Below, piece by piece: positions 1 through 13,045 of a stretch of 56,177 nt of DNA; the stretch's first letter is position 1; every line of letters begins with the position of its first letter. The notes under the pieces were generated by a model. The model was not told the DNA's origin, did no database searches, and saw only the letters and a program-made list of their open reading frames with translations. Both the position numbers and the translations under genes were made by a program. This DNA is from Chiloscyllium plagiosum (Eukaryota): the NCBI RefSeq assembly GCF_004010195.1, contig NW_025214946.1, positions 1 through 56,177 on the forward strand, read 5' to 3'.

Positions 1-214
1 ACAGGAGGAGGACATTGAGGTCTTCAGTGGCTTGGACAGAAACAGGTGCAGGATATTCAGGCCATCGGGACTAATGTCAGAACACCAGCAGGACATTCAG
101 CCCATTGTGTGTGTAAAGCCGGAACATAATGAGTCCATTTAGTCACTGATGCCTCTTATACAGCAACTGGAGCAGATCTTTTACAGTCTACAGGAATTGT
201 GAAAGGGAACGTAG

Positions 215-590
215 AGGTTATAGGAAGGGAAAGACTTCAACCATCTAGCTTCACTGGGGAATGAACAGTAGTGAAAAAACTGTTGGGATTGAAGACAAAG
301 TATTAGAATACGTTATGAAGGAAGTAATAACAGGAGATTTCCAAAGCCAAGCCACAATCCAGCACAGTCAACATAGTTTCATGAAGAATAAATCATGTTT
401 GGATGATTTGAATAACTTTCTTTAATAAAACGTAACAAGCAAGATGGTTAATGGGGATTCTATTGATGTATTATATCTGGGCTTCCAGACATGAGCGCGT
501 GACGTGCATCACAAAAGATTAATATGCAAGACCAGAACACATGGAGTTAGGAACAATTTACTTCCGAGGGGAGAGGATTAGCTAACCAGT
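215..590 (+). mobile_element. Degraded CR1 LINE ORF2 (RT) fragment
   Basis: Decayed CR1 RT motifs (agtcaacatagtttcatg..aaatcatgtttg ~ SQHGF..KSCL; gatgtattatatctgggcttccag ~ DVxYLDFQ). Confidence 0.6.
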
Positions 591-920
591 AATTCACAGC
601 AATTCTCTTGCAACCTCTGCTCCATTTGTTGTTCCTGTTACAGACCCAGATTCTGTAACTACATTCCCCAAGCTCCATCCAGAGTTGGTTCACCAAATCC
701 TCAGGTCTCCCTGAATGTCTGAGGCAGCTCACAGCACAACCTCCAGCAAACCATGCCCAGCAGCTCCACTAACTTTTCAATAACAGGAGTCAGTCAGAAG
801 CCCCACAGCCATAAGTTAGATGCCTATTCCTCACCACTGATCCAGAATCTGGTTTCCAACATCTGCAGTCATTGTTTTTACCTCGTTGATTTTAACCCTA
901 CTGCGAATTGACTTGCAAGG

Positions 921-3370
921 ATGCCTGCCTTGAAGAAATTTTCCTCCTCTCTCTACAAGAATGTCAGGGAGTCCCTCTCCCCCTGCAAATCCCAGGTCAT
1001 TTCCTCTGCCCTGAAGCCCTTCAACCATCTCGTGAAACAAACTCGGTACCACAGCCACATTTGCTTCCTCAGTGCATGCCTCCGTAACCAACTCATCCCA
1101 CAGGGACTCCGAACCATATTTAAACCAGCAGAGTCCGGACCCGAACAGGACAAACAGTACAGAATACAGATTCAAAAACACCAGCAACCGTTCTCCTTCA
1201 AGATCCTCCGCTCCACGCTTGCAGCAATGCGCCGGCACCTAACCTCTCTACAGATAGCCCTGCCTCAGCTGAGGGCCACAGTCTCTTAGAATTGCAAAGG
1301 ACCCACTCTGTACTACTTCCTCAGGATAATTCATATTCTCAACAAACAGTATTTCAATTCCATCTCAAACATCAAAAACTGTAAGTACAACAAACTTTTA
1401 TCCACCCACCTCCATAACCAGCGCTCCTCAAACATTCCAGAAAATTCCCCTAGCCTCGGAAACGCCATTAGCCATGCGGCTGATGCAGCTACCACCCCAC
1501 GCTGACTAATGATGTCACTTCCGCCCCCATCATGGCCACTCCCACAACCACTCCCACCCCTCACAATTCCTCATGCACCACACGTGACATCACTTCCGCC
1601 CCTCACATCATCGCTGATGCCACACGCTCAGTGACTTCCACCACCCCTACTGCCGTGTCTGCCACCACTTTCGCCCCCACCAGCGCCACTCACCTGCATT
1701 CTGCTGACACGCCCCCCANNNNNNNNNNNNNNNNNNNNNNNNNNNNNNNNNNNNNNNNNNNNNNNNNNNNNNNNNNNNNNNNNNNNNNNNNNNNNNNNNN
1801 NNNNNNNNNNNNNNNNNNNNNNNNNNNNNNNNNNNNNNNNNNNNNNNNNNNNNNNNNNNNNNNNNNNNNNNNNNNNNNNNNNNNNNNNNNNNNNNNNNNN
1901 NNNNNNNNNNNNNNNNNNNNNNNNNNNNNNNNNNNNNNNNNNNNNNNNNNNNNNNNNNNNNNNNNNNNNNNNNNNNNNNNNNNNNNNNNNNNNNNNNNNN
2001 NNNNNNNNNNNNNNNNNNNNNNNNNNNNNNNNNNNNNNNNNNNNNNNNNNNNNNNNNNNNNNNNNNNNNNNNNNNNNNNNNNNNNNNNNNNNNNNNNNNN
2101 NNNNNNNNNNNNNNNNNNNNNNNNNNNNNNNNNNNNNNNNNNNNNNNNNNNNNNNNNNNNNNNNNNNNNNNNNNNNNNNNNNNNNNNNNNNNNNNNNNNN
2201 NNNNNNNNNNNNNNNNNNNNNNNNNNNNNNNNNNNNNNNNNNNNNNNNNNNNNNNNNNNNNNNNNNNNNNNNNNNNNNNNNNNNNNNNNNNNNNNNNNNN
2301 NNNNNNNNNNNNNNNNNNNNNNNNNNNNNNNNNNNNNNNNNNNNNNCCATACGTTCGAGACACCACCCACGCCCTCCACCTCATCCAAGGCTTCCGTTTC
2401 CCCAGCCCCCAAGGCATCATCTTCACCATCGATATCCAATCCCTGTACACCTCCATCCGCCATGACCAGGGCCTCCAAGCCCTCCGTGTTTTCCTCTCCA
2501 GACGTCCCCAACAGTACCCTTCCACTGACACTCTCATTCGTTTGGCCGAAATGGTCCTCACCCTTAACAATTTCTCCTTTGAATCCTCCCACTTCCTCCT
2601 GACCAAAGGGGTAGCCATGGGCACACGTAAGGGCCCCAGCTACGCCTGTCTCTTTGTTGGCTACGTAGAAGAGTTGATCTTCCATAGTTACACCGGCACC
2701 ACTCCCCAACTCTTCCTCCGTTACATTGATGACTGCATTGGCGCCACCTCGTGCTCCCCCGAAGAAGTTGAGCAATTCATCAACTTCACCAAAACATTCC
2801 ACCCTGACTTTAAATTTACTTGGACCACCTCTGACACCTCCCTCCCCTTCCTGGACCTCTCCATCTCCATTAGTGACGACCGACTTGACACTGACATTTT
2901 TTACAAACACACCGACTTCCACAGCTACCTGGATTACACCTTTTCCCACTATACCTCCTGCAAAAAAGCCATCCCGTATTCCCAATTCCTACGCCTCTGC
3001 CGTAGCTGCTCCCCAGAGGACCAGTTCCACCATAGAACACACCAGGTGGCCTCCTTCTTTAGAGACCTCAATTTCCCTTCCCACGTCGTTAAAGATGCCC
3101 TCCAAAGCATCCCGTCCACATCCCGCACCTCTGCCCTCAGGCCCCACCCCTTCAACCGTAAAAAGGACAGAACGCCCCTGGTGCTCACCTTCCAACCTAC
3201 AAATCGTCGCATAAACCAAATCATCCGCCGACATTTTCGCCACATCCAAAAAGACCCCACCACCAGGGATATATTTCCCTCCCCACCCCTTTCCACCTTC
3301 CGTAAAGACCGTTCCCTCCGTGACTACCTGGTCAGGTCCACGCCCCCCTACGATCCACCCTCCCATCCTG
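921..3370 (+). pseudogene. Penelope RT ORF (in-frame stop at ~1289; expected GIY-YIG region falls in the gap)
   Basis: ORFs 921-1289 and 2542-3789 with PLE RT motifs. Confidence 0.85.
1719..2346. other. Assembly gap (others at 3371-3780, 8640-9202, 19833-19865)
   Basis: N runs. Confidence 1.
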
Positions 3371-3969
3371 NNNNNNNNNNNNNNNNNNNNNNNNNNNNNN
3401 NNNNNNNNNNNNNNNNNNNNNNNNNNNNNNNNNNNNNNNNNNNNNNNNNNNNNNNNNNNNNNNNNNNNNNNNNNNNNNNNNNNNNNNNNNNNNNNNNNNN
3501 NNNNNNNNNNNNNNNNNNNNNNNNNNNNNNNNNNNNNNNNNNNNNNNNNNNNNNNNNNNNNNNNNNNNNNNNNNNNNNNNNNNNNNNNNNNNNNNNNNNN
3601 NNNNNNNNNNNNNNNNNNNNNNNNNNNNNNNNNNNNNNNNNNNNNNNNNNNNNNNNNNNNNNNNNNNNNNNNNNNNNNNNNNNNNNNNNNNNNNNNNNNN
3701 NNNNNNNNNNNNNNNNNNNNNNNNNNNNNNNNNNNNNNNNNNNNNNNNNNNNNNNNNNNNNNNNNNNNNNNNNNNNNNNNTCCCCATGACTTGTCCGGAT
3801 TTGTCCTACCTGCCTATTTCCTTTTCCACCTATCCACTCCACCCTCTCCTCCCTGACCTATCACCTTCATCTCCTCCACCACTCACCCATTGTACTCAAT
3901 GCTACTCTCTCCCCACTACCACCCTCCTCCAACTTATCTCTCCACGCTTCAGACTCACTGCCTTTATTC

Positions 3970-3998
3970 CTGATGAAGGCCTTTTTGCCCGAAACGTC
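3970..3998 (+). ncRNA. Minimal type I hammerhead ribozyme core in Penelope pLTR
   Basis: CTGATGA-aggcctttttgccc-GAAAC-GTC; imperfect stem II. Confidence 0.75.
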
Positions 3999-4639
3999 GA
4001 TTTCGCTGCTCGTTGGATGCTGCCTGAATTGCTGCGCTCTTCCAGCACCACTGATCCAGAATCCTTTACAGTTATACCAAGCGTCTTCCTCATGTTACCG
4101 ACCCCACAATCAACTGAGAGAGACAAACAGAGGCGTTCCGCGGGCACGCGCATACCAAGTTTCAAACACGTGAGTCAGAGCTGCTGGAACACCCCTGTCC
4201 ATGAAGCACCACATGGGATACATCGGGAAGTGAACAACAGCCTGACATGCACCATTTCAATGTTTCTGAGCTTCACCATGCCAGCACTCGATGCACGAGG
4301 GAGTCAAAACCTAAGGCCAGGGAAAGATACAGAAAAAATACAAATAATTTATTAACTGATAACTTGCTGAAAATACGGATAATTAGATGGGGGGATTGGA
4401 GTAACGGGATAAGGGACACAATGGTGGGTCCAATCCCAAGAATGCAAACATTTAATGGAGACATTGCTAGGTTCGCTCGAATGGTCCATTGCCTCAAATT
4501 CTGAGTCTGCTTCACAGAACCAGCCCAGACACCATAAACTGTGTTAAGGTAACATTTAAGATGGAGAGCTGTGCAGGCCGTGCGAGTGGATAACTCGATA
4601 AACTAGACTATCTGCACAGCATGGGGAGCATTTCAAATC

Positions 4640-6075
4640 TTTGCCAGGATATTGCAATCCTCTAACACCACCCTCTGCTTCCTACATTTGAGTCAGTTTT
4701 GTATCCAAATGGCTTTAATATGAAAAATCCGTGTTAAACAGATGACCATGCACAATGTTATTCAACGCCTTACTGAAGTCCACATTGACAATGTACACCA
4801 CTCTATCTCAATTACTCTTTTTAGTCGCTTCTTCTTCAAAAATAAATCTCAGTCAAGTCAGTGAGACACAATATTGCTTGCACAGTCATGTTGACTATCC
4901 TTAATCAGTCGTTACCTTTCAAAATGTGTGTAAATCCGATGACTCATAATCCCCTCCAACAAGTTGCCCACAACTGACGTCAGGCTCACTAGCTTTTCCT
5001 TATTACCCTTCTTAAATCCTTTAAGTAATGGCACCATGTAGCCAACCTCCAGTCTTCCGACACTTTACCTGTGTCTATTAATGATAGCAAGGGGCCCACC
5101 AATCACTTGCCCTGCTTCCCACAGAATTCTAGCGTACATCTAATAAAAGCCAGGACACTTTCCTTCTTTTGCATGTTTTAACACCTCTAGTAGCTCCTCT
5201 TTAATACAGACACTTTCCTAGATGTCACTACTTATTTCCCAAATTCTCTAACTTCCATATCCTCCTGCACAGTAAATACTGATACAAAATATTCGTTCAG
5301 TACCTCCTCAATTTCTGTGGCTCTGCATATGGGCAGCCTTACTGATCTTTAAGGATGTCCTATTCTCTCCACAGTCACTCTTTTGTCCTTGACGTATTTG
5401 TAGAATTCCTTTGGATTCTCCCAAACTCTGTTTGCCAAAGTTATCACATGTCCCCTTTTTATGCTCCCAATTTCCCTCTTAAATATACTTTTGTTGCATT
5501 CAGACTCTTCTAGTGAGTCACTTTAAATCAGGAATTAAGAGACTAATGATGACCATTTCGATTGTCTGAAAAGTCCATCTGGTTCACTGACACGCTTTAA
5601 AGAAACAAACTGCCATTCTTACCTGGTCTGGCTAACAAGTGACTCCAGACTCACAGCAATGCGGTTGACTGCTAACTGCCCTCTGGGCAATTATGGATGG
5701 GTAATAGATGCTTGCCTAGCCAGGGACGCCCTCATCCCGTGAATGAATTAAGAAAAAAAACTCAATTCCTGCTGTCTATACCTGACATGTGTTTCCCGTT
5801 TATCCGTGACCAGAGCCTACATTTCTCCAATCCTCCAGCATTCCTTACACGTACCATCCTTACCCTTCACCTTAACAGGGCCATAATGTCTCTGTAATCC
5901 TGACATCTCATTTTTGAAGGCTTCCCACTTCCCTTTTCTGAGAATATCTGTTCAAGTCGAATTTGAAAAATTCTTAGTTAATATCATCAAAATTGGTTTT
6001 CAACAATTTAGCACTTTAAGTTTTAGACGTGGTCCATCCTTTTCCATCTCTATTTTAAAACTAACACAATTATGA
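4640..6075 (-). mobile_element. Degraded CR1 LINE ORF2 fragments, interrupted by a SINE
   Basis: Reverse-strand CR1 motifs (aacgccttactgaagtccacat = DFSKAF), same family as the 39-40 kb copy. Confidence 0.7.
5525..5760 (+). mobile_element. SacSINE1/Deu-domain SINE, 5'-truncated
   Basis: ctgccattcttacctggtctgg..gtgactccagac.cacagcaatg.ggttgact Deu-like core, tail gaatgaat+A-run; homologous to 52700-53017. Confidence 0.7.
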
Positions 6076-6756
6076 CGACTTGTGGTCACAATATCTGTGG
6101 TCTGAAGTAATGTCTAGCATTACAGGACAAGCATCAATAACCTTCCCCTTTCTGTCAGGATAATGCTCACCATATACTCTGTGCTCCCTCACACTCACTG
6201 TATATCTGTTATAGCACCGACCGGCGATCAAGGCTCATGCTCCACACTCTCACTGCTGCATGCAGCACCATCCCTCTCTCTTTCCCCTCTCTGTATCTTC
6301 CTCACTAATAGCACTGCATGGATACAACACTGTTGACTGACTCCCTCTGGACAAGTCACCATCTTCCACCCTCACCCCCACCCACCTACACCAGCATTTT
6401 CAGCGTGGTCACCCAATCCCACCCTCACTCCATTCTTCCCCGTCTCCTATTCCAGGAGAAACAGCTTGGAATAGGACGGAAATGGCCAAGCCTTGTAGTG
6501 GAGTGTCCGATATCCATCTACACTCCCCAACCCCAACACTCCGTACATGTGTGTCTGTATTTTACTCTGTGAGTATCTATATGTGGGTGCAAGTCTGACA
6601 GTCTCTGTGGTGTTTAAAAGGACAGAACCTCTCCCTCAGCTGGCCTCCCCGACCTACTGCAGTGACAATGGCAGAGGGTGATAACCTTTGAGGATTCAGT
6701 CTGGGAGGGAGAGAGGGCAGCAGCTCACAGCACCATCCAAATTAACAGAACCATCA

Positions 6757-6806
6757 ACACACACACACACAACACTCACACATACATACATACACACACA
6801 CACACA
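6757..6806. repeat. Imperfect (CA)n/(CATA)n microsatellite
   Basis: Direct reading. Confidence 0.9.
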
Positions 6807-7199
6807 ATGCTGGAAGATGGAGGGTTGCAAATCTACTTGGGCCTTTCAGAATGGAAATGCTCACCGCCGAGTGAACCATTTTGTCAGGAGATGAGATGAA
6901 TTTATTTCTCATTATGTGACTTGCAATGCTTAAAAATTACGTGAGAAAGTATTGAGAAGTCCTGAAAAAGGCCCAGTAGTGGTGGTAATGATGCGGGCAC
7001 AACATCGCTTAGTATCAGACAAAACTGCTCTGTGCTTCCAAAGATGTTATTTGAAAAATCAAACTGCCATGCCATTTGACAGATTTACAGCAAAGGATGT
7101 GTTATCTTCTCAGAGTTAAAAACTGTGCCACTGATGCAATGGTGTGGGTAGTCCCGCAGAGGGAGGTATTGTATGAATCTAATCACAATACTCAGAGGC

Positions 7200-7535
7200 G
7201 AGCACTGCTGCCTCACAGCACCAGGCACCCGCGCTCGTGTCCACCCTCAGGCGACTGTCTGTGTGGAGTTTCACATTCTCGCCGTATCTGCGTGGGTTTC
7301 CACTGGGTGCTCTGGTTTCCACCCACAGTCCAACGTTGTGGATGTTCGGGGAATTAGACATACAAGCTAAATTGTCCATAGTGCAGAGGAATGTGTAGGC
7401 TAGGGGCATTAGTCATGGGTAAGACTAAGATAGCATTTGCAAGGGTCTGGATGGGTTACTCTTCGAAGTGTCAGTGTGGACCTGTTGGGTCGAAGGGCCT
7501 GTTTTCACACTGTAGCGATTCTATGAACTCTATGA
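7200..7535 (+). mobile_element. HE1-type V-SINE, degraded
   Basis: agcactgctgcctcacagc...tgtgtggagttt.cacattctc..tgcgtgggtttcc V-domain; homologous to 34251-34581. Confidence 0.8.
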
Positions 7536-8426
7536 ACAACAGGGACAGATGGAGAGAGAGGAGGAGGAGGAAGACTTTGATTCCAAGTTCAATCTATTTA
7601 TTTCAAAAACAACTTTGCACAGAGATGCAAACAGACGTACACTGAAATACTGACACTAACACACATAACACATGCCCACAGAAATACGCACGTAGACATG
7701 GATATTTACACACCAACACACAAACATAACCCCATATACAGGCACACACGATCATTAATAGAGTTATCATTGGTTAGTCGGAGAAGGCAGGAGAAAGGGG
7801 TTCAGAAATATTTTAGCCGTGATCCAACGTCATTGCAGTAAAGATGGGCTGAATGGCCTCATTATGCTCCAGTGTTCATTGCTCATATGATCTTCCCAGG
7901 AATTGTCTTTCCACGAGGCCACTGGAGACTGAATTTGATAAGTATTTGGTTTAGGAGAGTTAATGGGAATGTGGACAGGTTTGAGGCGCTGAGTGGCCGA
8001 TATCTGTTTCTATTTGTCAACTCCTTGTATATCAAAGGAGTGGTGGTTGGTTTGAGGGGAACACATTTTGAGAATAAGGACCTTTCCATTTCAGACTGAG
8101 ACAGGGATGCTCCTTTCTCTTTAGGGTTGTTTAATCTGTGGTGTTCTCATCCCGAGGGAGCAGTGAAGACTGGGTTACAGAAAACACTCAAGGCTGAGTT
8201 CCATAGAACTTTGATGAACTGGAGAATCCATGTTTATTGGGAGCAGATAGGAAAGGGATGTGTAGTTACAATCACATCAACAACGCACATTCTGAATGGT
8301 GCAGCTGGCTCAAGGGGCTGAATGGCCAGCTGCTGCTCCTAACCCATGTGTTGTTCTCTCCTTCACTCCGTAATGTCACAGAGGTAAAGAAAGATCGTAT
8401 TCAGCCAGTCAGTATCGTTATAATGA

Positions 8427-9765
8427 GGTAAAAACAATGACTGCAGATGCTAGAAACCAGATTCTGGATTAGTGGTGCTGGAAAAGCACATCAGTTCAGG
8501 CAGCATCCGAGGAGCAGTAAAATCGACGTTTCGGGCAAAAGCCCTTCATCAGAAATACAGGAAGAGAGCCTGAAGTGTGGAGAGATAAGTGAGAGGTGGT
8601 TGGGGGTGGAAAAAGTAGCATAGAGTACAATAAGTGAGTNNNNNNNNNNNNNNNNNNNNNNNNNNNNNNNNNNNNNNNNNNNNNNNNNNNNNNNNNNNNN
8701 NNNNNNNNNNNNNNNNNNNNNNNNNNNNNNNNNNNNNNNNNNNNNNNNNNNNNNNNNNNNNNNNNNNNNNNNNNNNNNNNNNNNNNNNNNNNNNNNNNNN
8801 NNNNNNNNNNNNNNNNNNNNNNNNNNNNNNNNNNNNNNNNNNNNNNNNNNNNNNNNNNNNNNNNNNNNNNNNNNNNNNNNNNNNNNNNNNNNNNNNNNNN
8901 NNNNNNNNNNNNNNNNNNNNNNNNNNNNNNNNNNNNNNNNNNNNNNNNNNNNNNNNNNNNNNNNNNNNNNNNNNNNNNNNNNNNNNNNNNNNNNNNNNNN
9001 NNNNNNNNNNNNNNNNNNNNNNNNNNNNNNNNNNNNNNNNNNNNNNNNNNNNNNNNNNNNNNNNNNNNNNNNNNNNNNNNNNNNNNNNNNNNNNNNNNNN
9101 NNNNNNNNNNNNNNNNNNNNNNNNNNNNNNNNNNNNNNNNNNNNNNNNNNNNNNNNNNNNNNNNNNNNNNNNNNNNNNNNNNNNNNNNNNNNNNNNNNNN
9201 NNTGCGGAATGTGGACGAGATCCTTTGGAGGGCATCTTTAACGACGTGGGAAGGGAAATTGCGATCTCTAAAGTATGAGGCCATCTGGTGTGTTCTGTGT
9301 TGGAACTGGACTCCTGGGAGAAGATATGGCGGAAGCGGAGAAATTGGGAATACGGGATGGCATTTTTGCAGGAGGTATAGTGGAAAAAGGTGTAATCCAG
9401 GTAGCTGTGGGTGTTGGTAGGTTTGTAAAAAATGTCGGTATCAAGTCAGTCGCCATTAATGGAGTTGGAGAGGTCCAGGAAGAGGAGGGAGGTGTCAGAG
9501 ATGGTCCAGGTAAATTTAAGGTCAGGGTGGAATGTGTTGATGAAGTTGATGAATTGCTCAACCTGCTCGCGAGAGCACGAGGTGGTGCCAATGCAGTCAT
9601 CAAGATAACAGAGGACGAGGTGGAGAGTGGTGCCGGCGTACTTACGGAAGATCGACTGTTCTATGTAGCCAACAAAGAGACAGACGTAGCTGGGGCCCAT
9701 ATGGGTGCCCATGGCTACCCCTTTGGTCTACAGGAAGTGGAAGGATGTGGGAGGATTCGTAGGAG
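8427..9765 (-). mobile_element. Penelope-like retroelement, 5'-truncated, with gap
   Basis: Minus ORFs MGTHMGPSYVCLFVGY..YLDDCIG and FRDRNFPSHVVKDALQ; pLTR at 8427-8640 homologous to the first copy. Confidence 0.92.
8525..8552 (-). ncRNA. Minimal hammerhead ribozyme core in Penelope pLTR
   Basis: Minus strand reads CTGATGA-A-GGGC-TTTT-GCCC-GAAAC-GTC, with a perfect stem II. Confidence 0.8.
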
Positions 9766-9939
9766 AAATCCATCGCTATAATGATACAGGAGGAGACCAT
9801 TCTGCCCTCTAAGGATTTACGCATGAATAGATTGAAGTCATTCAACTCGCTAAGTACATTACACAGCGTAAGATGGGGCCATCTACCCTTTCTAGCCTGC
9901 TACCCAACAACAGGGGAAACCCGGTTAACTATCAGGGAA

Positions 9940-10530
9940 TAAACATTCGGGATGTTCAGGTTGTAATGTTGTAACTGTGTGGAGTTCCTCGGGGATCAGT
10001 GTGAGATTATCAACTATTTACAATTTATACCAATGACTTAGATAAGAGGACTGATTGTCTTGGAAATCGGTTAGCTCATTCACCAAGATAGTCATTTAAC
10101 TGGACAGGGAGACTCTGCAATGGGATACAGACGTGGAGGTTAGTGAGCAAAACCTTGGCAGAAAACAGTATAATATGTGTGAAGAGAAGTCAGTGTTGTT
10201 TTGAACAGAGAAAATAACAGTAACCTACTTAAATGGAGAGGAAACCACAGAAGTCATTGGTACAGAAGGATTACTGCATCCCGCTACATGAGACACATAA
10301 ACCTAGTCAGCAGATTCATCCAATAATGAGAAAATGGTATCGAATCTTGCTGTTTTATGCAAAGGTTATTGGGTATAATCATTAGGATGGGTTACTGCAT
10401 TTGTACATGACAATACTGAGACTACATCTGATGTATTGTGTCTCGTAATGAACCCCTAAAATGATAGAAAAATGGTTTTCGAAGCTTTTCAGTGATGTTT
10501 CACTTTACTTTTTGCTAGAATAAAGGCCTG
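9940..10530 (+). mobile_element. Old CR1 RT fragment
   Basis: ggagttcctcggggatcagtg (GVPQGSV), atttataccaatgacttagat (IYINDLD). Confidence 0.6.
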
Positions 10531-10534
10531 ATGG

Positions 10535-10880
10535 AATCATAGTGTCACACAGCACGGAAACAGACCCTTCAGTCCAGCTCATCTGCACCGACCAGATATT
10601 CCAATCTGATGTAGTAATCTTTGCCAACATTAGACTCATAATCCTCTAAATGGTTCTTATCCACATACCCATCCATTGCCTCGAAAAGGTAGTAATTGTA
10701 CCAGTCTCCATCACTTTTGCTGCCAGTTCGTTCCATATACACACTATCCTCTGTGTAAAAAAGTTACTTCTTCAGGTAACTTTTTAATCTTACCCCTCTC
10801 ACCTTAAATCTATGCCCTCTGATTTGGAGTCCTCCAACCTTGGAAAATAACCATATCTATGCCCCTCATGGCCTCTACAA
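10535..10880 (-). mobile_element. CR1 3' end fragment
   Basis: Homologous to the 3' end of the CR1 at 38946-39300. Confidence 0.7.
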
Positions 10881-11295
10881 AGTTCGGGCACTTCAGGCCT
10901 GAGAATAAGAGATGTTCGCATTGAACAAAAAGGACCCTGAGGAGAGTACACTGGGCGTAGCTGAGGAATGAGATAATAAAACTAAGGATTTAATTCAATA
11001 AAACAGTATATTCATTTTAACGCAGTACTTTGAAGACATTAATTTATTGTACAATAATTATGAAGCCACATATAAAAATATTTACAAAGGATAAATTACA
11101 AGTCACTCCTAAATGGAGCAGACAACAGGGATGGAGTATGCAATCAGCGGAATGTTTAACTCGACCTTACATGGTTCACGTTGGTGCTCGGGTAACATTA
11201 TTATATTTTTCAGCTCAGAAAGGGAGAAAATGTAACTTCTCAGAGAAGCCACAGCCATTGCTCCATCGCTTTACTTGTTCGTTTCGACAGTAACA

Positions 11296-11890
11296 CATAG
11301 AACATAGAACATGGAACAATACAGCGCATAACAGGCCCTTCGGCCCTCGATGTTGTACCGACCTGCGAACTATTCTCAGCTCGTCCCCCTACACTATCCC
11401 AAAATCATCCATGTGCTTATCTAAGGATTGTTTAAATCTCCCTGATGTGGCTGAGTTGACTACATTAGCAGGTAGGGCATTCCATGCCCTTACCACTCTT
11501 TGCGTAAAGAACCTGCCTCTGACATCTGTCTTAAATCTAGCACCCCAAAATTTGTAATTATGCCCCCTCTTACAAGCTGACATCATCATCCGAGGAAAAA
11601 GACTTTCACTGTTTACCCTATCTAATCCTCTATCATATTGTATGTCTCTATCAAACCCCCTCTCAGCCTTTCCACATAAGACCTTCCCTCCAGACCAGGC
11701 AACATTCTGATAAATCTCCTCTGCACCTTTTCCAATGATTCCACAGCCTTTCTGTAATATGGGGACCAGACCTAGACACAATAATCCAAGTGTGGTCGCG
11801 CCAGCGTTTTGTAAAGTTGCAACAGGACATTGGGGCTCCAGAACTCAATCGCTCGACAAATGAAACCTAACACACCATATGCCTTTTTAA
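11296..11890 (-). mobile_element. 5'-truncated CR1 with (acataga)n tail
   Basis: ORF C-terminus RGHNYK..FFTQRVVRAWNALP; TAACA at both junctions (11291-11295 and 11888-11892). Confidence 0.9.
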
Positions 11891-12209
11891 CAGAGAGCAG
11901 AACATCTATCAGTCATCTTTACGACTCATGGAGGGTTCCTTTTGAGGATTCATTGGAATCTCCCCAATGCCAGCAGAGAAGGGAATTCAGCCAAGTCCGA
12001 CTGTTCCAGGAAGAAACTCCATTGCCATCAGCATTTGTGAGGCAGAATAACAATTGAGACCATCTCAATTTTCCTTTTGCCATGCATTTAGCTATTATCT
12101 GGACAAAACTCTTCCAAACAAATATCCTGTAGAGTTTTTTTTTCTATTTGCTTTCAGACGTATGTGTGTGTGTCCCAGATTTATAGGAAAATCAATAATG
12201 ATACACATA

Positions 12210-12325
12210 GCGTCAATGTCCAAACTATGTGTCATTTATCTTTCCATCGTTTTTTTGAGTAACTTTGCGTCAATGTCCAAACTATGTGTCATTTATCTTT
12301 CCATCGTTTTTTTGAGTAACTTTGC
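12210..12325. repeat. Perfect 57-bp tandem duplication
   Basis: gcgtcaatgtcc...gtaacttt present at 12210 and 12267. Confidence 0.95.
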
Positions 12326-12869
12326 TTTTGTTTTAGATTAATTATTTTTACAAATTTAGGAAACATGCCTGATATGTTCCTAACAGTGTACCTGATCCAG
12401 TCTGAGACTGATATCATTTGCCATATCACACACTTGGTTACACTGATAATTTGTCGTGACAGATGTAGGAGCGGGACTAGAAAAAGATACTATGACTCTC
12501 CAACCTCGGTAGGAACAGGGATAAGGAGAAAATCTCTAAAAACCGTTTGAGTTGGAATTATTTTCCCCACTGGTGTGTGGTACCTGTGAGTTTCTATTTA
12601 TTCAAAATTGTGTTAGATGGCCAGTTTAGCATGGTCAATTCACTGAATGTCTTTAAACTGTGGGTGGTATCTGGCACAGCTGGAGGAAACATTTGCAGAC
12701 AGGGGGAGAATGCGAAAACTCAATACAAACAGTCTTGAGTGTGGAAGCAAACCAGGCCCCTGGTACTGTGAGACAGTTTCGCTAACCACTGAGACACCAT
12801 GCCCCTCCCACCCTGCTCTCCCCAGTGAATCACTGTGCGAGGGAATACTGGGGAAAATGCAAATCTGTA

Positions 12870-13045
12870 ATATAAACAGAAAACAGTGGCAAAACACTGC
12901 AGATGAGCCCGTATCTAGAGACAGAGTTAGAATATTAAGCTTGATATTACCCTATTGGGAAAAACTCATATTCGACTCAATAAGTTAAATCTGTTTCTCT
13001 CGCCTCAGAATCTGTTAAGGTTTCCAGCACTTTCAACTTTCTTAG
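12870..13045. mobile_element. Degraded fold-back element resembling inverted Penelope pLTR halves
   Basis: aaacagaaaa..agagacagagtta ... taaatctgtttctct..tttccagcacttt loosely inverted arms. Confidence 0.4.

Larger units (their letters stand above)
832..4063 (+). mobile_element. Penelope-like retroelement (PLE), near full length, two assembly gaps
   Basis: N-terminal ORF from 921; RT motifs GVAMGT..GPSYACLFVG, FLRYIDD and IFYK.TD.HSYLDY in ORF 2542-3370; pLTR at 3' end; 18-bp terminal direct repeat caccactgatccagaatc at 832-849 and 4046-4063. Confidence 0.92.

Noticed and set aside
1532..9284. Long ORFs spanning N runs
   Set aside because: Artefacts of assembly gaps
11214..12050. After removing the CR1, fragments (LREATAIA, VTESR, EFSQVRL) faintly recall Eph-type kinase subdomains III-V
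   Set aside because: Needs several frameshifts, and no VAIK or HRD motifs flank it; cannot be supported without TBLASTN
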